From assembly GCA_947632685.1 (NCBI GenBank), contig CANRQD010000001.1, positions 1 to 54,108 of the forward strand: DNA of 54,108 nt, given 5' to 3'. Shown one piece after another: positions 31,427 to 39,824 of this stretch; the first letter of the stretch is position 1, and each line of letters opens with the position of its first letter. The translations under genes were made by a program, and so were the position numbers. Below the pieces are notes generated by a model. That model did no database searches. It saw nothing but the letters and a program-made list of their open reading frames with translations, and was not told where the DNA came from. The stretch comes from an uncultured Bacilli bacterium (GTDB lineage: Bacteria; Bacillota_I; Bacilli_A; RF39; UBA660).

Positions 31427-31786
31427 ATGAATGAAGAAGGATATAGAAAAAAATTATGGGAAAAAGTTAATAAGGATTATGAAAAATTTAAGAAAGAACA
31501 GTTAAAAGACACTAAAGAAAATATATTTAATAATGCATATAAAATTGCAATGTTAAATGATTTTACAGAAATGTGTAATCCTTATTATAAATGTTTATCT
31601 TTGGATGAAGTAAAAACTTTATTAAAAGAAAAATCTCCTGCACAAACATTATATAAATTCTATTTAAAGACAGAATCTGGGAGTATTAATGATTTATACG
31701 AATCTATATGGTATAGATTAAGTGATTTAGTAGATAAAAATAAGCAATTAAATGATAAAAAAGCTAAACAGAAACTAGCAAGATAA
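31427..31786 (+). CDS. Hypothetical ICE protein
   Basis: ATG 31427 (MNEEGYRKK...). The track ORF starts inside ssb at 31361. It is helical and charged. Confidence 0.5.
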   Translation: MNEEGYRKKLWEKVNKDYEKFKKEQLKDTKENIFNNAYKIAMLNDFTEMCNPYYKCLSLDEVKTLLKEKSPAQTLYKFYLKTESGSINDLYESIWYRLSDLVDKNKQLNDKKAKQKLAR

Positions 31787-31797
31787 ATGAAATAAGG

Positions 31798-31819
31798 CTG
31801 AATAGATTTATCTATTCAG
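31798..31819 (+). terminator. Hairpin (CTGAATAGA-TTTA-TCTATTCAG) after the ssb-distal operon
   Basis: Perfect 9-bp stem with a 4-nt loop, followed by TTATTT. Confidence 0.5.
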
Positions 31820-31905
31820 TTATTTAGCAAGCATTGGAAAGTTCCTCCCACGAGGCACTTCCCACGTAATATGGGGAAATTCCCCAATCCCCTAAATTTA
31901 TAGAA
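31820..31905 (+). promoter_or_regulatory. Candidate origin of transfer (oriT)
   Basis: A locally GC-rich non-coding patch in very AT-rich DNA, directly upstream of mobC and the relaxase. It holds the direct repeats CCTCCCACG / CTTCCCACG and the palindrome GGGGAAATTCCCC (31873-31885). Confidence 0.5.
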
Positions 31906-31918
31906 TGGAGGTAAAAAG

Positions 31919-32065
31919 ATGACTAATCTATTATTCTTTTTACTAGGATTAATTATAGGCTTATTATCTGGAATAACTTTTATATGTTTACATTTTGTAA
32001 AATATGTTTCTAATAATGAGTTTATAAAATTACCTAGATTAAAAAATGAGAAGAAAAACAATTAA
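31919..32065 (+). CDS. Small 48-aa membrane protein (not in ORF track)
   Basis: ATG 31919 behind a GGAGGT RBS, encoding MTNLLFFLLGLIIGLLSGITFICLHFVKYV... It overlaps the mobC start by 20 nt. Confidence 0.4.
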   Translation: MTNLLFFLLGLIIGLLSGITFICLHFVKYVSNNEFIKLPRLKNEKKNN

Positions 32066-32357
32066 AAAAAATTTTTGGTTTAGTTATGAAGAAGACAAGC
32101 AATTAAAATACTTGTCTTCTATTTTAAATCTTAGTGAATCAAATACAATAAGAAAACTATTATATGAAACACAAATAAAAGAAAGTCCACCAAAGGAATT
32201 TTATGAAGCAATTGATAAGATAAATAAAATAGGTATAAATATCAATCAATTAACTAGAATTGCAAATGCAACTGGAAGTATTTACGAAGATAAGCTTAAC
32301 CATCAATTCAATGAATTAGAAAAATTAAAAAATATTATATATGAAAGATACATATAA
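32046..32357 (+). CDS. mobC: MobC-like relaxosome accessory protein (ribbon-helix-helix)
   Basis: KNFWFSYEEDKQLKYLSSILNLSESNTIRKLL and INQLTRIAN are typical of MobC/plasmid mobilization relaxosome proteins. Confidence 0.75.
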   Translation: MRRKTIKKNFWFSYEEDKQLKYLSSILNLSESNTIRKLLYETQIKESPPKEFYEAIDKINKIGININQLTRIANATGSIYEDKLNHQFNELEKLKNIIYERYI

Positions 32358-32380
32358 AGAAGAAAGATAGGTGATAGATA

Positions 32381-33691
32381 ATAGCAGTAGTTAAAATATG
32401 GAAAGTAAAATCAAATTTAAAACAAGTTCTTGATTATGCCAAAGATGATGAAAAAACTAAAGTAACAGAATATACAGAATTAAGTAATTTAATGAATTAT
32501 GTAAAAAATGGAGATAAGACAGAAAAATTATTATATATTTCTGGAATTAATTGTGATCCAAATAATGCTACAAAAGAAATGGTTGCTATCAAAAAGAAAT
32601 TTATGAAAACTGATGGTATTTTAGCTTGGCATTCCTATCAATCTTTTTGTGAGGGTGAAGTTACCGCAGATGAAGCACATAAAATAGGTTTGCAGCTTGC
32701 TAACGAAATGTGGGGAGATAAGTTTCAAGTTGTAGTAACTACACACTTAAATACTAAACATATTCATAATCACTTTGTATTAAACTCTGTATCTTTTGTT
32801 GATGGCAAAAAGTACAATGCCGATAGAAATTCATATGCCGAGTTTAGAAGATTAAATGACCTTATTTGTATGGAACATAATAAGAGTTATTTACAAGAGA
32901 AAAAAAATAAATCTGGAATAAATTATGTTAATTATCAAAATAGAAATATTAAGTATTCAAATTATTATAAAAAAGCAAAAGAAGATTTGGATTTAGCTAT
33001 TGCAGTATCAAACAGTTATAATGATTTTAAAAATACATTAAATAATTTAGGATATGAAATTACACTACGAGCTGGGAAACTTAGTATAAGAGGTAAGGAT
33101 TATAAAAGAAATATACGAATAGAAAGATATTTTGGAGAAGACTATTCTATTGATAATATAAAAAAACAAATCAAAGGATTATATTTACCTGAAAAGAAAT
33201 TATATTATAAAAATAGAAAGCCTATAAGTGTTCTATCTGTTATATCTAAACCTAAATATAATAGCTTTTATTCGATGTATATAAGATACTGTAATATATT
33301 AAATAACTATCCTAGCTTTATAAAAAAATATAACGTATCTTCTGTTATGAAAGAAGATATAAAAAAATTGGATAAGTTTAGCAAGCAAGCTATTATGTTA
33401 GTTAATAATAATATAGAAACAGAAGATAAATTTTTTGAATTTTTAAATAGTAAGGTTTATGAATTAAGTGATTTAAAACAGAAAAGAGAAGAATTATGGA
33501 GAAAATATAAAATGTGTAATGAAGATGAAAAATTAGAAATAAAAAAAGAAATTAATAATATTTCTAATAATATTAGTAAAGTAAATGAAGAAGTAAAAAT
33601 GTGTGAAGATATAAGGTTAAGAAAAGAGGATATAAAAAAAGATCTTAAAATTATGAAAGAAAGGGAGATGATAATAGATGAACACATCTAG
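32381..33691 (+). CDS. Relaxase/mobilization nuclease (MobA/VirD2-type) with apparent non-canonical ATA start
   Basis: The histidine triad is HLNTKHIHNHFVLNSV. The conserved N-terminus (I)AVVKIWKVKSNLKQVLDYAKDDEKT is in frame upstream of the first ATG (32492). An AGGTGA RBS (32369-32374) lies 6 nt before ATA 32381, and an in-frame stop sits at 32375. Confidence 0.8.
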   Translation: MAVVKIWKVKSNLKQVLDYAKDDEKTKVTEYTELSNLMNYVKNGDKTEKLLYISGINCDPNNATKEMVAIKKKFMKTDGILAWHSYQSFCEGEVTADEAHKIGLQLANEMWGDKFQVVVTTHLNTKHIHNHFVLNSVSFVDGKKYNADRNSYAEFRRLNDLICMEHNKSYLQEKKNKSGINYVNYQNRNIKYSNYYKKAKEDLDLAIAVSNSYNDFKNTLNNLGYEITLRAGKLSIRGKDYKRNIRIERYFGEDYSIDNIKKQIKGLYLPEKKLYYKNRKPISVLSVISKPKYNSFYSMYIRYCNILNNYPSFIKKYNVSSVMKEDIKKLDKFSKQAIMLVNNNIETEDKFFEFLNSKVYELSDLKQKREELWRKYKMCNEDEKLEIKKEINNISNNISKVNEEVKMCEDIRLRKEDIKKDLKIMKEREMIIDEHI

Positions 33692-34424
33692 TGATGCAGC
33701 AGAACAAATTGTAAGAATGTCTTTAGAAGGATTCCAAGTAACAGCAAAAGTTGTAGGTAGTGGAGCAAAAGATGTAGCAGCTCTTTTAATTGCTATTATG
33801 AAAGATAAAAGAAAAACAGCTGGTAAAACAAATCTTACAAATATGTTAAAGTCTGGCAAAGAGTTGAAAGTATTTTCTGTAAGAAAAGATGAATTAAAAA
33901 AGTTTACTGAAGAAGCTAAAAGATATGGAGTATTATATAGTTTATTATTAAATAAGAAAGATAAATCCTCAGATAGTATAGTGGATATTATGGTTAGGTC
34001 AGAAGATGCTGCAAAAATTAATCGTATTGTAGAGAAATTTAAGTTATCCAGTTATGACGAAACTACTATTAGAAGTGAAATTGAAAAATCTATAAATGAC
34101 CGAACTAGTAAAGATAGGGGAGTTAAAACTAAACCTATAGAAGAAAAACAAAAAGAAGAACAACAAACTGCACCTATTAGGAAAGAAGAACAATCATTAA
34201 ACCCCCATTTGGCAAAGACCGAAAAAAACCCTCAGTCAAAGCCTTCCTCAAAAATGCTAAAGACTTCGGATCAGGGTACTAAATTGAAAGATAAACCTTC
34301 TGTAAAAGAAAAGCTAAATAAAGCTAAAGAAGAAGTTAAATATCGTGAATCAATTAAGGATAAATCAGAAGTATCTAAAATAGTTAACAAAAAGAAAAAA
34401 GAGAACAAGAGGACAAATAGATAA
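33678..34424 (+). CDS. PcfB/DUF3801-family conjugation protein
   Basis: AAEQIVRMSLEGFQVTAKVVGSGAKDVAALLIAIMK...ELKVFSVRKDELKKFTEEAKRYGVLYS matches the PcfB pattern. Confidence 0.7.
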   Translation: MNTSSDAAEQIVRMSLEGFQVTAKVVGSGAKDVAALLIAIMKDKRKTAGKTNLTNMLKSGKELKVFSVRKDELKKFTEEAKRYGVLYSLLLNKKDKSSDSIVDIMVRSEDAAKINRIVEKFKLSSYDETTIRSEIEKSINDRTSKDRGVKTKPIEEKQKEEQQTAPIRKEEQSLNPHLAKTEKNPQSKPSSKMLKTSDQGTKLKDKPSVKEKLNKAKEEVKYRESIKDKSEVSKIVNKKKKENKRTNR

Positions 34425-34621
34425 TGAAGGATATTATAAAAATTCTAGAGCTAGATAAATATGAATTAGGAATAATAATTAATGCTTTAAATGAATTCAG
34501 AAATAAACTTATACAGGAGCAAAGAGAAACAGATGTAGTAGATGAAGTATTATTGAAAACTTTAGATGCCCCAGAAAAAAAAAGATATTTTCACAAAGAC
34601 CGTTTCATAGATGATAGATGA
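34424..34621 (+). CDS. Small hypothetical ICE protein
   Basis: 65 aa. It is translationally coupled on both sides through ATGA overlaps. Confidence 0.45.
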   Translation: MKDIIKILELDKYELGIIINALNEFRNKLIQEQRETDVVDEVLLKTLDAPEKKRYFHKDRFIDDR

Positions 34622-36432
34622 AAAATAATTCTAATGTTCCTATATATTATTATGTTATTGGAATTATACCAGTAATATGGATTTCATTATTAATAGCACC
34701 ATCAGTAAGTGGAGGATTACCTTCAGTAATTAAGGATTTTTCAAAGTATATGAATAATCCTTTTTCTATTGTTTGGTGTAATGATTCCATAAAGACTATT
34801 ATTATTCTACTTATTATTTATATATTAGGAATTGGTATTTATATATCTACAAGAAAAAATTATAGAAAAGGAGAAGAACACGGTAGTGCAAAATGGGGTA
34901 ATGCAAATAAAATTAATAAAAAGTATGAACAACAACCATTTTCAAATAATAAAATATTGACTCAAAATGTATGTATTGGATTTGATGGAAGAAAACATAG
35001 GAGAAATTTAAATACACTTGTAATAGGTGGAAGTGGTGCAGGAAAAACAAGATTTTTTGCAAAGCCAAATGTAATGCAAGCAAACACATCACTAATTGTT
35101 TTAGATCCTAAAGGAGAAATAGCAAGAGATGAAGGTCATTTACTTGAAAAAAAAGGATATGTAGTAAAAGTTTTAGATTTAATAAATATGGATAGGTCTC
35201 ATTGCTATAACCCTTTTGTGTATCTTCAATCAGATAATGATGTACAGAAACTTGTAACAAATTTGTTTAAAGCAACAACTCCTAAAGGAAGTCAATCTAA
35301 TGATCCATTTTGGGATACAGCAGCATCGATGCTTTTATTAGCATTGATTTTTTATTTATGGTATGAAGCACCTAAAGAAGAACAAAATTTTCCTATGGTT
35401 ATGGAGATGTTAAGAGCTGGTGAAGTAAAAGAAGATGATGATGGTTATGTCAGCCCACTTGATATATTGTTTAATCAATTAGAAATAGAAAATCCTAACC
35501 ATATAGCTCTCAAGTATTATAGAGATTATCATTCTGGTTCAGCTAAAACATTAAAATCGATTCAAATAACACTTGCTTCTAGATTAGAAAAATTTAATCT
35601 TGAAAGTTTAGCAAGTTTAACACAAACTGATGAATTGCAATTAGAAACAATAGGAGAGAGAAAGACAGCTTTATTTGCAATAATACCAGATAATGATACT
35701 TCATTTAATTTTTTAGTTAGTATGCTATATACTCAATTATTTCAGCAACTATTTTTTTTAGCAGACCATAAATACGGAGGTAGACTACCTGTACACGTAC
35801 ATTTCTTAATGGACGAATTTGCCAATGTTTCATTGCCAGATGATTTTGACAAAATATTATCTGTAATGAGGTCTCGAGAAGTATCAGTATCTATAATTTT
35901 ACAAAATTTAGCTCAATTAAAAGCATTATTTGAAAAACAATGGGAGTCTATTGTTGGAAATTGTGATGAATTCTTATATTTAGGTGGAAATGAACAATCG
36001 ACACATAAATATGTGAGTGAATTAATGGGTAAATCGACAATAGATATGAATACATATGGTAAAAGTACAGGCCATTCTGGGAATTATTCAACTAACTATC
36101 AATTAAATGGTAGAGAATTGATGACTCCAGATGAAGTAAGACTTTTGGATAATCAATACTCAATTTTGTTTATAAGAGGTGAGAGACCAGTAATAGATTT
36201 TAAATATGATGTATTAAAACATCCTAATGTTCTATTATCAGCAGATGGAAATGCTAAACCATATATACACGGAGATATTACTCATTCAATAGCTTCAGTA
36301 AATATAGATTTTTCTAATGTAACTAGATTACAAAATAATGATAATGAACAAGAAACAAATATACTTGATGAATATGATATTGTTTCATCTGAAGAAATTG
36401 ATAAATATTTAAAGAAAGAAGGAATTATATGA
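34618..36432 (+). CDS. Type IV coupling protein (VirD4/TraG-like)
   Basis: Two N-terminal TM helices, Walker A GGSGAGKT, and Walker B LMDEFAN. It sits in the relaxase-proximal position. Confidence 0.9.
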   Translation: MKNNSNVPIYYYVIGIIPVIWISLLIAPSVSGGLPSVIKDFSKYMNNPFSIVWCNDSIKTIIILLIIYILGIGIYISTRKNYRKGEEHGSAKWGNANKINKKYEQQPFSNNKILTQNVCIGFDGRKHRRNLNTLVIGGSGAGKTRFFAKPNVMQANTSLIVLDPKGEIARDEGHLLEKKGYVVKVLDLINMDRSHCYNPFVYLQSDNDVQKLVTNLFKATTPKGSQSNDPFWDTAASMLLLALIFYLWYEAPKEEQNFPMVMEMLRAGEVKEDDDGYVSPLDILFNQLEIENPNHIALKYYRDYHSGSAKTLKSIQITLASRLEKFNLESLASLTQTDELQLETIGERKTALFAIIPDNDTSFNFLVSMLYTQLFQQLFFLADHKYGGRLPVHVHFLMDEFANVSLPDDFDKILSVMRSREVSVSIILQNLAQLKALFEKQWESIVGNCDEFLYLGGNEQSTHKYVSELMGKSTIDMNTYGKSTGHSGNYSTNYQLNGRELMTPDEVRLLDNQYSILFIRGERPVIDFKYDVLKHPNVLLSADGNAKPYIHGDITHSIASVNIDFSNVTRLQNNDNEQETNILDEYDIVSSEEIDKYLKKEGII

Positions 36433-36770
36433 AAGATAATTTAAAGAAATTTAAAAATGGATTAGGTAAAAAAGGAATTAAAAAATTTAAAATATTTGCT
36501 TTTGCAATTATATTATGTGTAATATTTGGAGGATCTACTGTAGTATTTGCAGCAGATGATCCATTATCAGTAGTAAATAATTTATCCAACTTTATTTTTG
36601 GATTAATTAGAGCTATAGGTATGATTATTTTAGGATTTTCAATTGTTCAAATTGGATTATCTATTAAAAGTCACGATCCATCTCAAAGAGCTAATGGATT
36701 TTTAACTTTAGCTGGTGGTGTTGTAATTACATTTGCAAAAGAAATATTAAATATAATTACAGGAGGATAA
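36429..36770 (+). CDS. Maff2-family small membrane protein (VirB2-like candidate)
   Basis: 113 aa with a signal/TM helix. AADDPLSVVNNLSNFIFGLIRAIGMIILGFSIVQIG resembles the Maff2 family. Confidence 0.65.
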   Translation: MKDNLKKFKNGLGKKGIKKFKIFAFAIILCVIFGGSTVVFAADDPLSVVNNLSNFIFGLIRAIGMIILGFSIVQIGLSIKSHDPSQRANGFLTLAGGVVITFAKEILNIITGG

Positions 36771-36804
36771 GACAATCCTCTTTTTATAATGGAGGTGATA
36801 ATTA

Positions 36805-37641
36805 GTGAGTGATAATTGGGTTGTACAGAATCTGCAAAATGCACTTGAAACTTGGAATTCCAAACTTGCTGATATATGGAACTTAGTTACACAAACACCA
36901 GAGACATTTAAAGGTGGAGCAATATGGAAAGTTATTAATAATATTTATGGTGGAATGCAGTCAATAGGATTAGCATTACTTGTATTATTTTTTGTTGTTG
37001 GAGTTATAAAAACCTGTGGTTCTTTTGCAGAAACAAAAAAACCTGAACACGCATTCAAATTATTTATAAGATTTGCAATAGCAAAAATAGTTGTAACATA
37101 TGGGATGGATTTGATGTTAGCACTATTTAAAATATCACAAGGAATGGTTTCTAAAGTGATGACGATTTCTAAAATTACTGGTTCTACTACTACCACATTA
37201 CCAACAGAAATGATTAAGGCTATAGAAGATTGTGGTTTTTTTGAATCAATTCCCTTATGGGCAGTTACGTTAATTGGTGGTTTAGTTGTAACAGTTCTAT
37301 CGTTTATTATGATAATGACTGTATATGGAAGATTTTTTAAATTATATTTATATACAGCTTTAGCACCAATACCACTTTCAACTTTTGCAGGAGAACCTAC
37401 ACAAAATATTGGAAAAAGCTTTTTAAAAAGTTATTCTGCAGTTTGTTTGGAAGGTGTAATTATAATTCTCTCGTGCATTATATTTTCATTATTTGCATCA
37501 ACTCCACCTGTAGTAGATACAAGTGCAGCAGCAGTTACACAAGTATGGAAATATATAGGAGAATTAGTATTTAATATGTTGGTTCTTGTGGGAACAATAA
37601 AAATGTCTGATAGAGTTGTTAGAGAAATGATGGGTTTATGA
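36805..37641 (+). CDS. VirB6/TrbL-like polytopic conjugation membrane protein
   Basis: GTG start behind a GGAGGTGA RBS. It has 5-6 TM helices and sits between the Maff2 and PrgI/VirB4 genes. Confidence 0.65.
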   Translation: MSDNWVVQNLQNALETWNSKLADIWNLVTQTPETFKGGAIWKVINNIYGGMQSIGLALLVLFFVVGVIKTCGSFAETKKPEHAFKLFIRFAIAKIVVTYGMDLMLALFKISQGMVSKVMTISKITGSTTTTLPTEMIKAIEDCGFFESIPLWAVTLIGGLVVTVLSFIMIMTVYGRFFKLYLYTALAPIPLSTFAGEPTQNIGKSFLKSYSAVCLEGVIIILSCIIFSLFASTPPVVDTSAAAVTQVWKYIGELVFNMLVLVGTIKMSDRVVREMMGL

Positions 37642-37679
37642 TTTTAATAAAAAAATTTAAATAGAAGGAAAGTGATAAT

Positions 37680-37910
37680 ATGAATCAAATTGATTATATA
37701 AAAAAAGAATATCCCATAGGCACAAGGATTAAATTAGTTTCTATGGAAGATAATTATCCAATCTCATCAAATACAAAGGGAACTGTAGACTTTATTGATG
37801 ATGAAGGTCAAATACATATGAAATGGGATAATGGTAGTACATTAGCACTGATATATGGTGTTGATAAATTCGAAAAAATAAATGAAAAAAATAAAGATAG
37901 GGAGAGATGA
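37680..37910 (+). CDS. DUF4314-like small protein
   Basis: The pattern YPIGTRIKLVSMEDNYPISSNTKGTVDFIDDEGQIHMKWDNGSTLALIYGVD is common in Firmicute ICEs. Confidence 0.55.
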   Translation: MNQIDYIKKEYPIGTRIKLVSMEDNYPISSNTKGTVDFIDDEGQIHMKWDNGSTLALIYGVDKFEKINEKNKDRER

Positions 37911-37913
37911 AAA

Positions 37914-38441
37914 ATGAGAAAACAATATGATGATTTTACACAATTAAAATTAAAAGATATGAGTAAAAGTATGAGTGATATGACTTATAAATATATAAAT
38001 CCAGAAACACAAATGCCAACGAAAGTTCCACCAGGTCATTATGAAAAAATATTAGACCAAGTAACTGAAAAATATATGGCTGATATTACGTCAAGGCAAT
38101 TTTTAACTATTATGTTTACCCAATTAAATAATTTAAAAAAGGAAGATGAAAAATATTTTAATCAAGCATTATTATGTATGGATTTAGGTTTGAATCCAAA
38201 AGATTTAAGAATTGATGAACAAATAGCTATTGAGTATACAAATGATTTTATCAGTGAGAAAAAAAACTTTGAAAAGAAAAAATTTCATTTTCTTAATGAT
38301 GATATAGTAGAAACTTTTAAAGAAGCTAAAAATGATCCATCACTACAAGCACAGATAGTAAGAGAGTCAAATAAGTTTGAAGATATGGAAAATAGTATGT
38401 TTAGAAACAACGATACTCGTGATGAAAGGGATGAGAGATAA
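37914..38441 (+). CDS. Hypothetical ICE protein
   Basis: 175 aa, no motif recognised. Confidence 0.45.
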   Translation: MRKQYDDFTQLKLKDMSKSMSDMTYKYINPETQMPTKVPPGHYEKILDQVTEKYMADITSRQFLTIMFTQLNNLKKEDEKYFNQALLCMDLGLNPKDLRIDEQIAIEYTNDFISEKKNFEKKKFHFLNDDIVETFKEAKNDPSLQAQIVRESNKFEDMENSMFRNNDTRDERDER

Positions 38442-38445
38442 GTAT

Positions 38446-39456
38446 ATGTTAGAAATAGAAAAGTTCTTATTAGATAATAATTTAAATGATGAAAATTTTT
38501 ATACAGTATATGAATTGCTAAAATTACATAAAGAAGTATATGATGATAGATTTATTATTATATATTTTCAAAAATGTAGAGATGGACTACTGCATAATGC
38601 TTATGAAGTTGGTGGTTATTTTGATATAAAAGATAAATGTTTGTATGAAACAGGGTATTTGTTATGTTTACTACTAGAAGAAAGTAAATTAATTAAACAA
38701 TCTTCTTTTTCTAATCTTTATAGTAATTTAACAAAGGATATAGATAATTATATAAACAATTATGCACTTATAAATAAGGAAGTTTTAAAACCATTAGGCA
38801 GAGAAAATTATTATAAAAATGATTTGCCTTATATAAATAGTAATGAACGTAAAGTAAGAGAAAGTTTTATAAAAGGTGATGATAATATAATAAATTATTA
38901 TCATTCTTGCTCACATTCTCTAATTGAATATTCAGATGAATATGAAACAAAGGATTTATTTATAGATTATTTAAATAATCCAGACAAAATAATCAATAAG
39001 TATGCAGAAATGATAATTAATAAAAATAAGGATTCATTAGGAGAAAGCTTATTAGTTTATGAGTATGAAATTAATTATTATAAAAAACTTATAAAAAATA
39101 AAAATAATGAATTTAGAGATATTTATTTAAATAAAAAAATATATAATTCTATAAAAGATATAGATGCCAAAACTATTAATATTACTATTAAATATGGAAA
39201 TAGTGATTTAACATTTAATTATGATTATATCATCTTAAAAAGAGATTTATTAAATGATTGTAGAGGTAGCAGTGCTTGGGGTGTTTCTTATGATAAAGTA
39301 TCAAATTTTATAAAAGAAAAAACAAATTCTCTTGATAGTAGAAAAACTGAAGAATTTCTTTTTTCACATATATCATCCATAACTTATGGAAGAAAATCAC
39401 TGTATAAAAACGATAATATAAAAGAAAACCAAAGTAAAGAAAAAGGTGATAAGTAA
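38446..39456 (+). CDS. Hypothetical ICE protein
   Basis: ATG 38446 (MLEIEKFLLDNNL...), 336 aa, N/K/Y-rich, no motif recognised. Confidence 0.45.
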   Translation: MLEIEKFLLDNNLNDENFYTVYELLKLHKEVYDDRFIIIYFQKCRDGLLHNAYEVGGYFDIKDKCLYETGYLLCLLLEESKLIKQSSFSNLYSNLTKDIDNYINNYALINKEVLKPLGRENYYKNDLPYINSNERKVRESFIKGDDNIINYYHSCSHSLIEYSDEYETKDLFIDYLNNPDKIINKYAEMIINKNKDSLGESLLVYEYEINYYKKLIKNKNNEFRDIYLNKKIYNSIKDIDAKTINITIKYGNSDLTFNYDYIILKRDLLNDCRGSSAWGVSYDKVSNFIKEKTNSLDSRKTEEFLFSHISSITYGRKSLYKNDNIKENQSKEKGDK

Positions 39457-39824
39457 TGGAAGTGAAAATTAACAAGGAAATTAGAGATTATACCGAAAGT
39501 ATTTATTTTGGATTATCCTTAAGACAGTTCATTTTTTCTTTATTAGCTTGTATTATGGCTATAATATTATATTTTATATTTAGACCATACTTTAATATAG
39601 AAACATTATCTTGGTTATGTATTCTTGGTGCTGCTCCTTTTGCAGTAATTGGATTTATAACATATAACGGTATGAATGCAGAGGAATTTATTTTGGCATA
39701 TATTAAATCAGAGATTTTAACACCTAAGTATTTAGCATTTAAACCTACTAATTTTTATTATGAGTTACTAAAGAATAGAATAGGAGATGATAAGAAAGAT
39801 GAGGACAATAAGGAATCTATTTAA
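39456..39824 (+). CDS. PrgI/TcpE-like (VirB3-like) membrane protein
   Basis: REIRDYTESIYFGLSLRQFIFSLLACIMAIILYF plus a second TM helix. It lies directly upstream of VirB4. Confidence 0.7.
   Translation: MEVKINKEIRDYTESIYFGLSLRQFIFSLLACIMAIILYFIFRPYFNIETLSWLCILGAAPFAVIGFITYNGMNAEEFILAYIKSEILTPKYLAFKPTNFYYELLKNRIGDDKKDEDNKESI

Noticed and set aside
31816-32061. Minus-strand 81-aa ORF between the ssb-distal genes and mobC
   Set aside because: It covers the GC-rich repeat/palindrome patch, which is better explained as oriT, and it is antisense to a small + strand membrane ORF that has a good RBS. No RBS precedes it.
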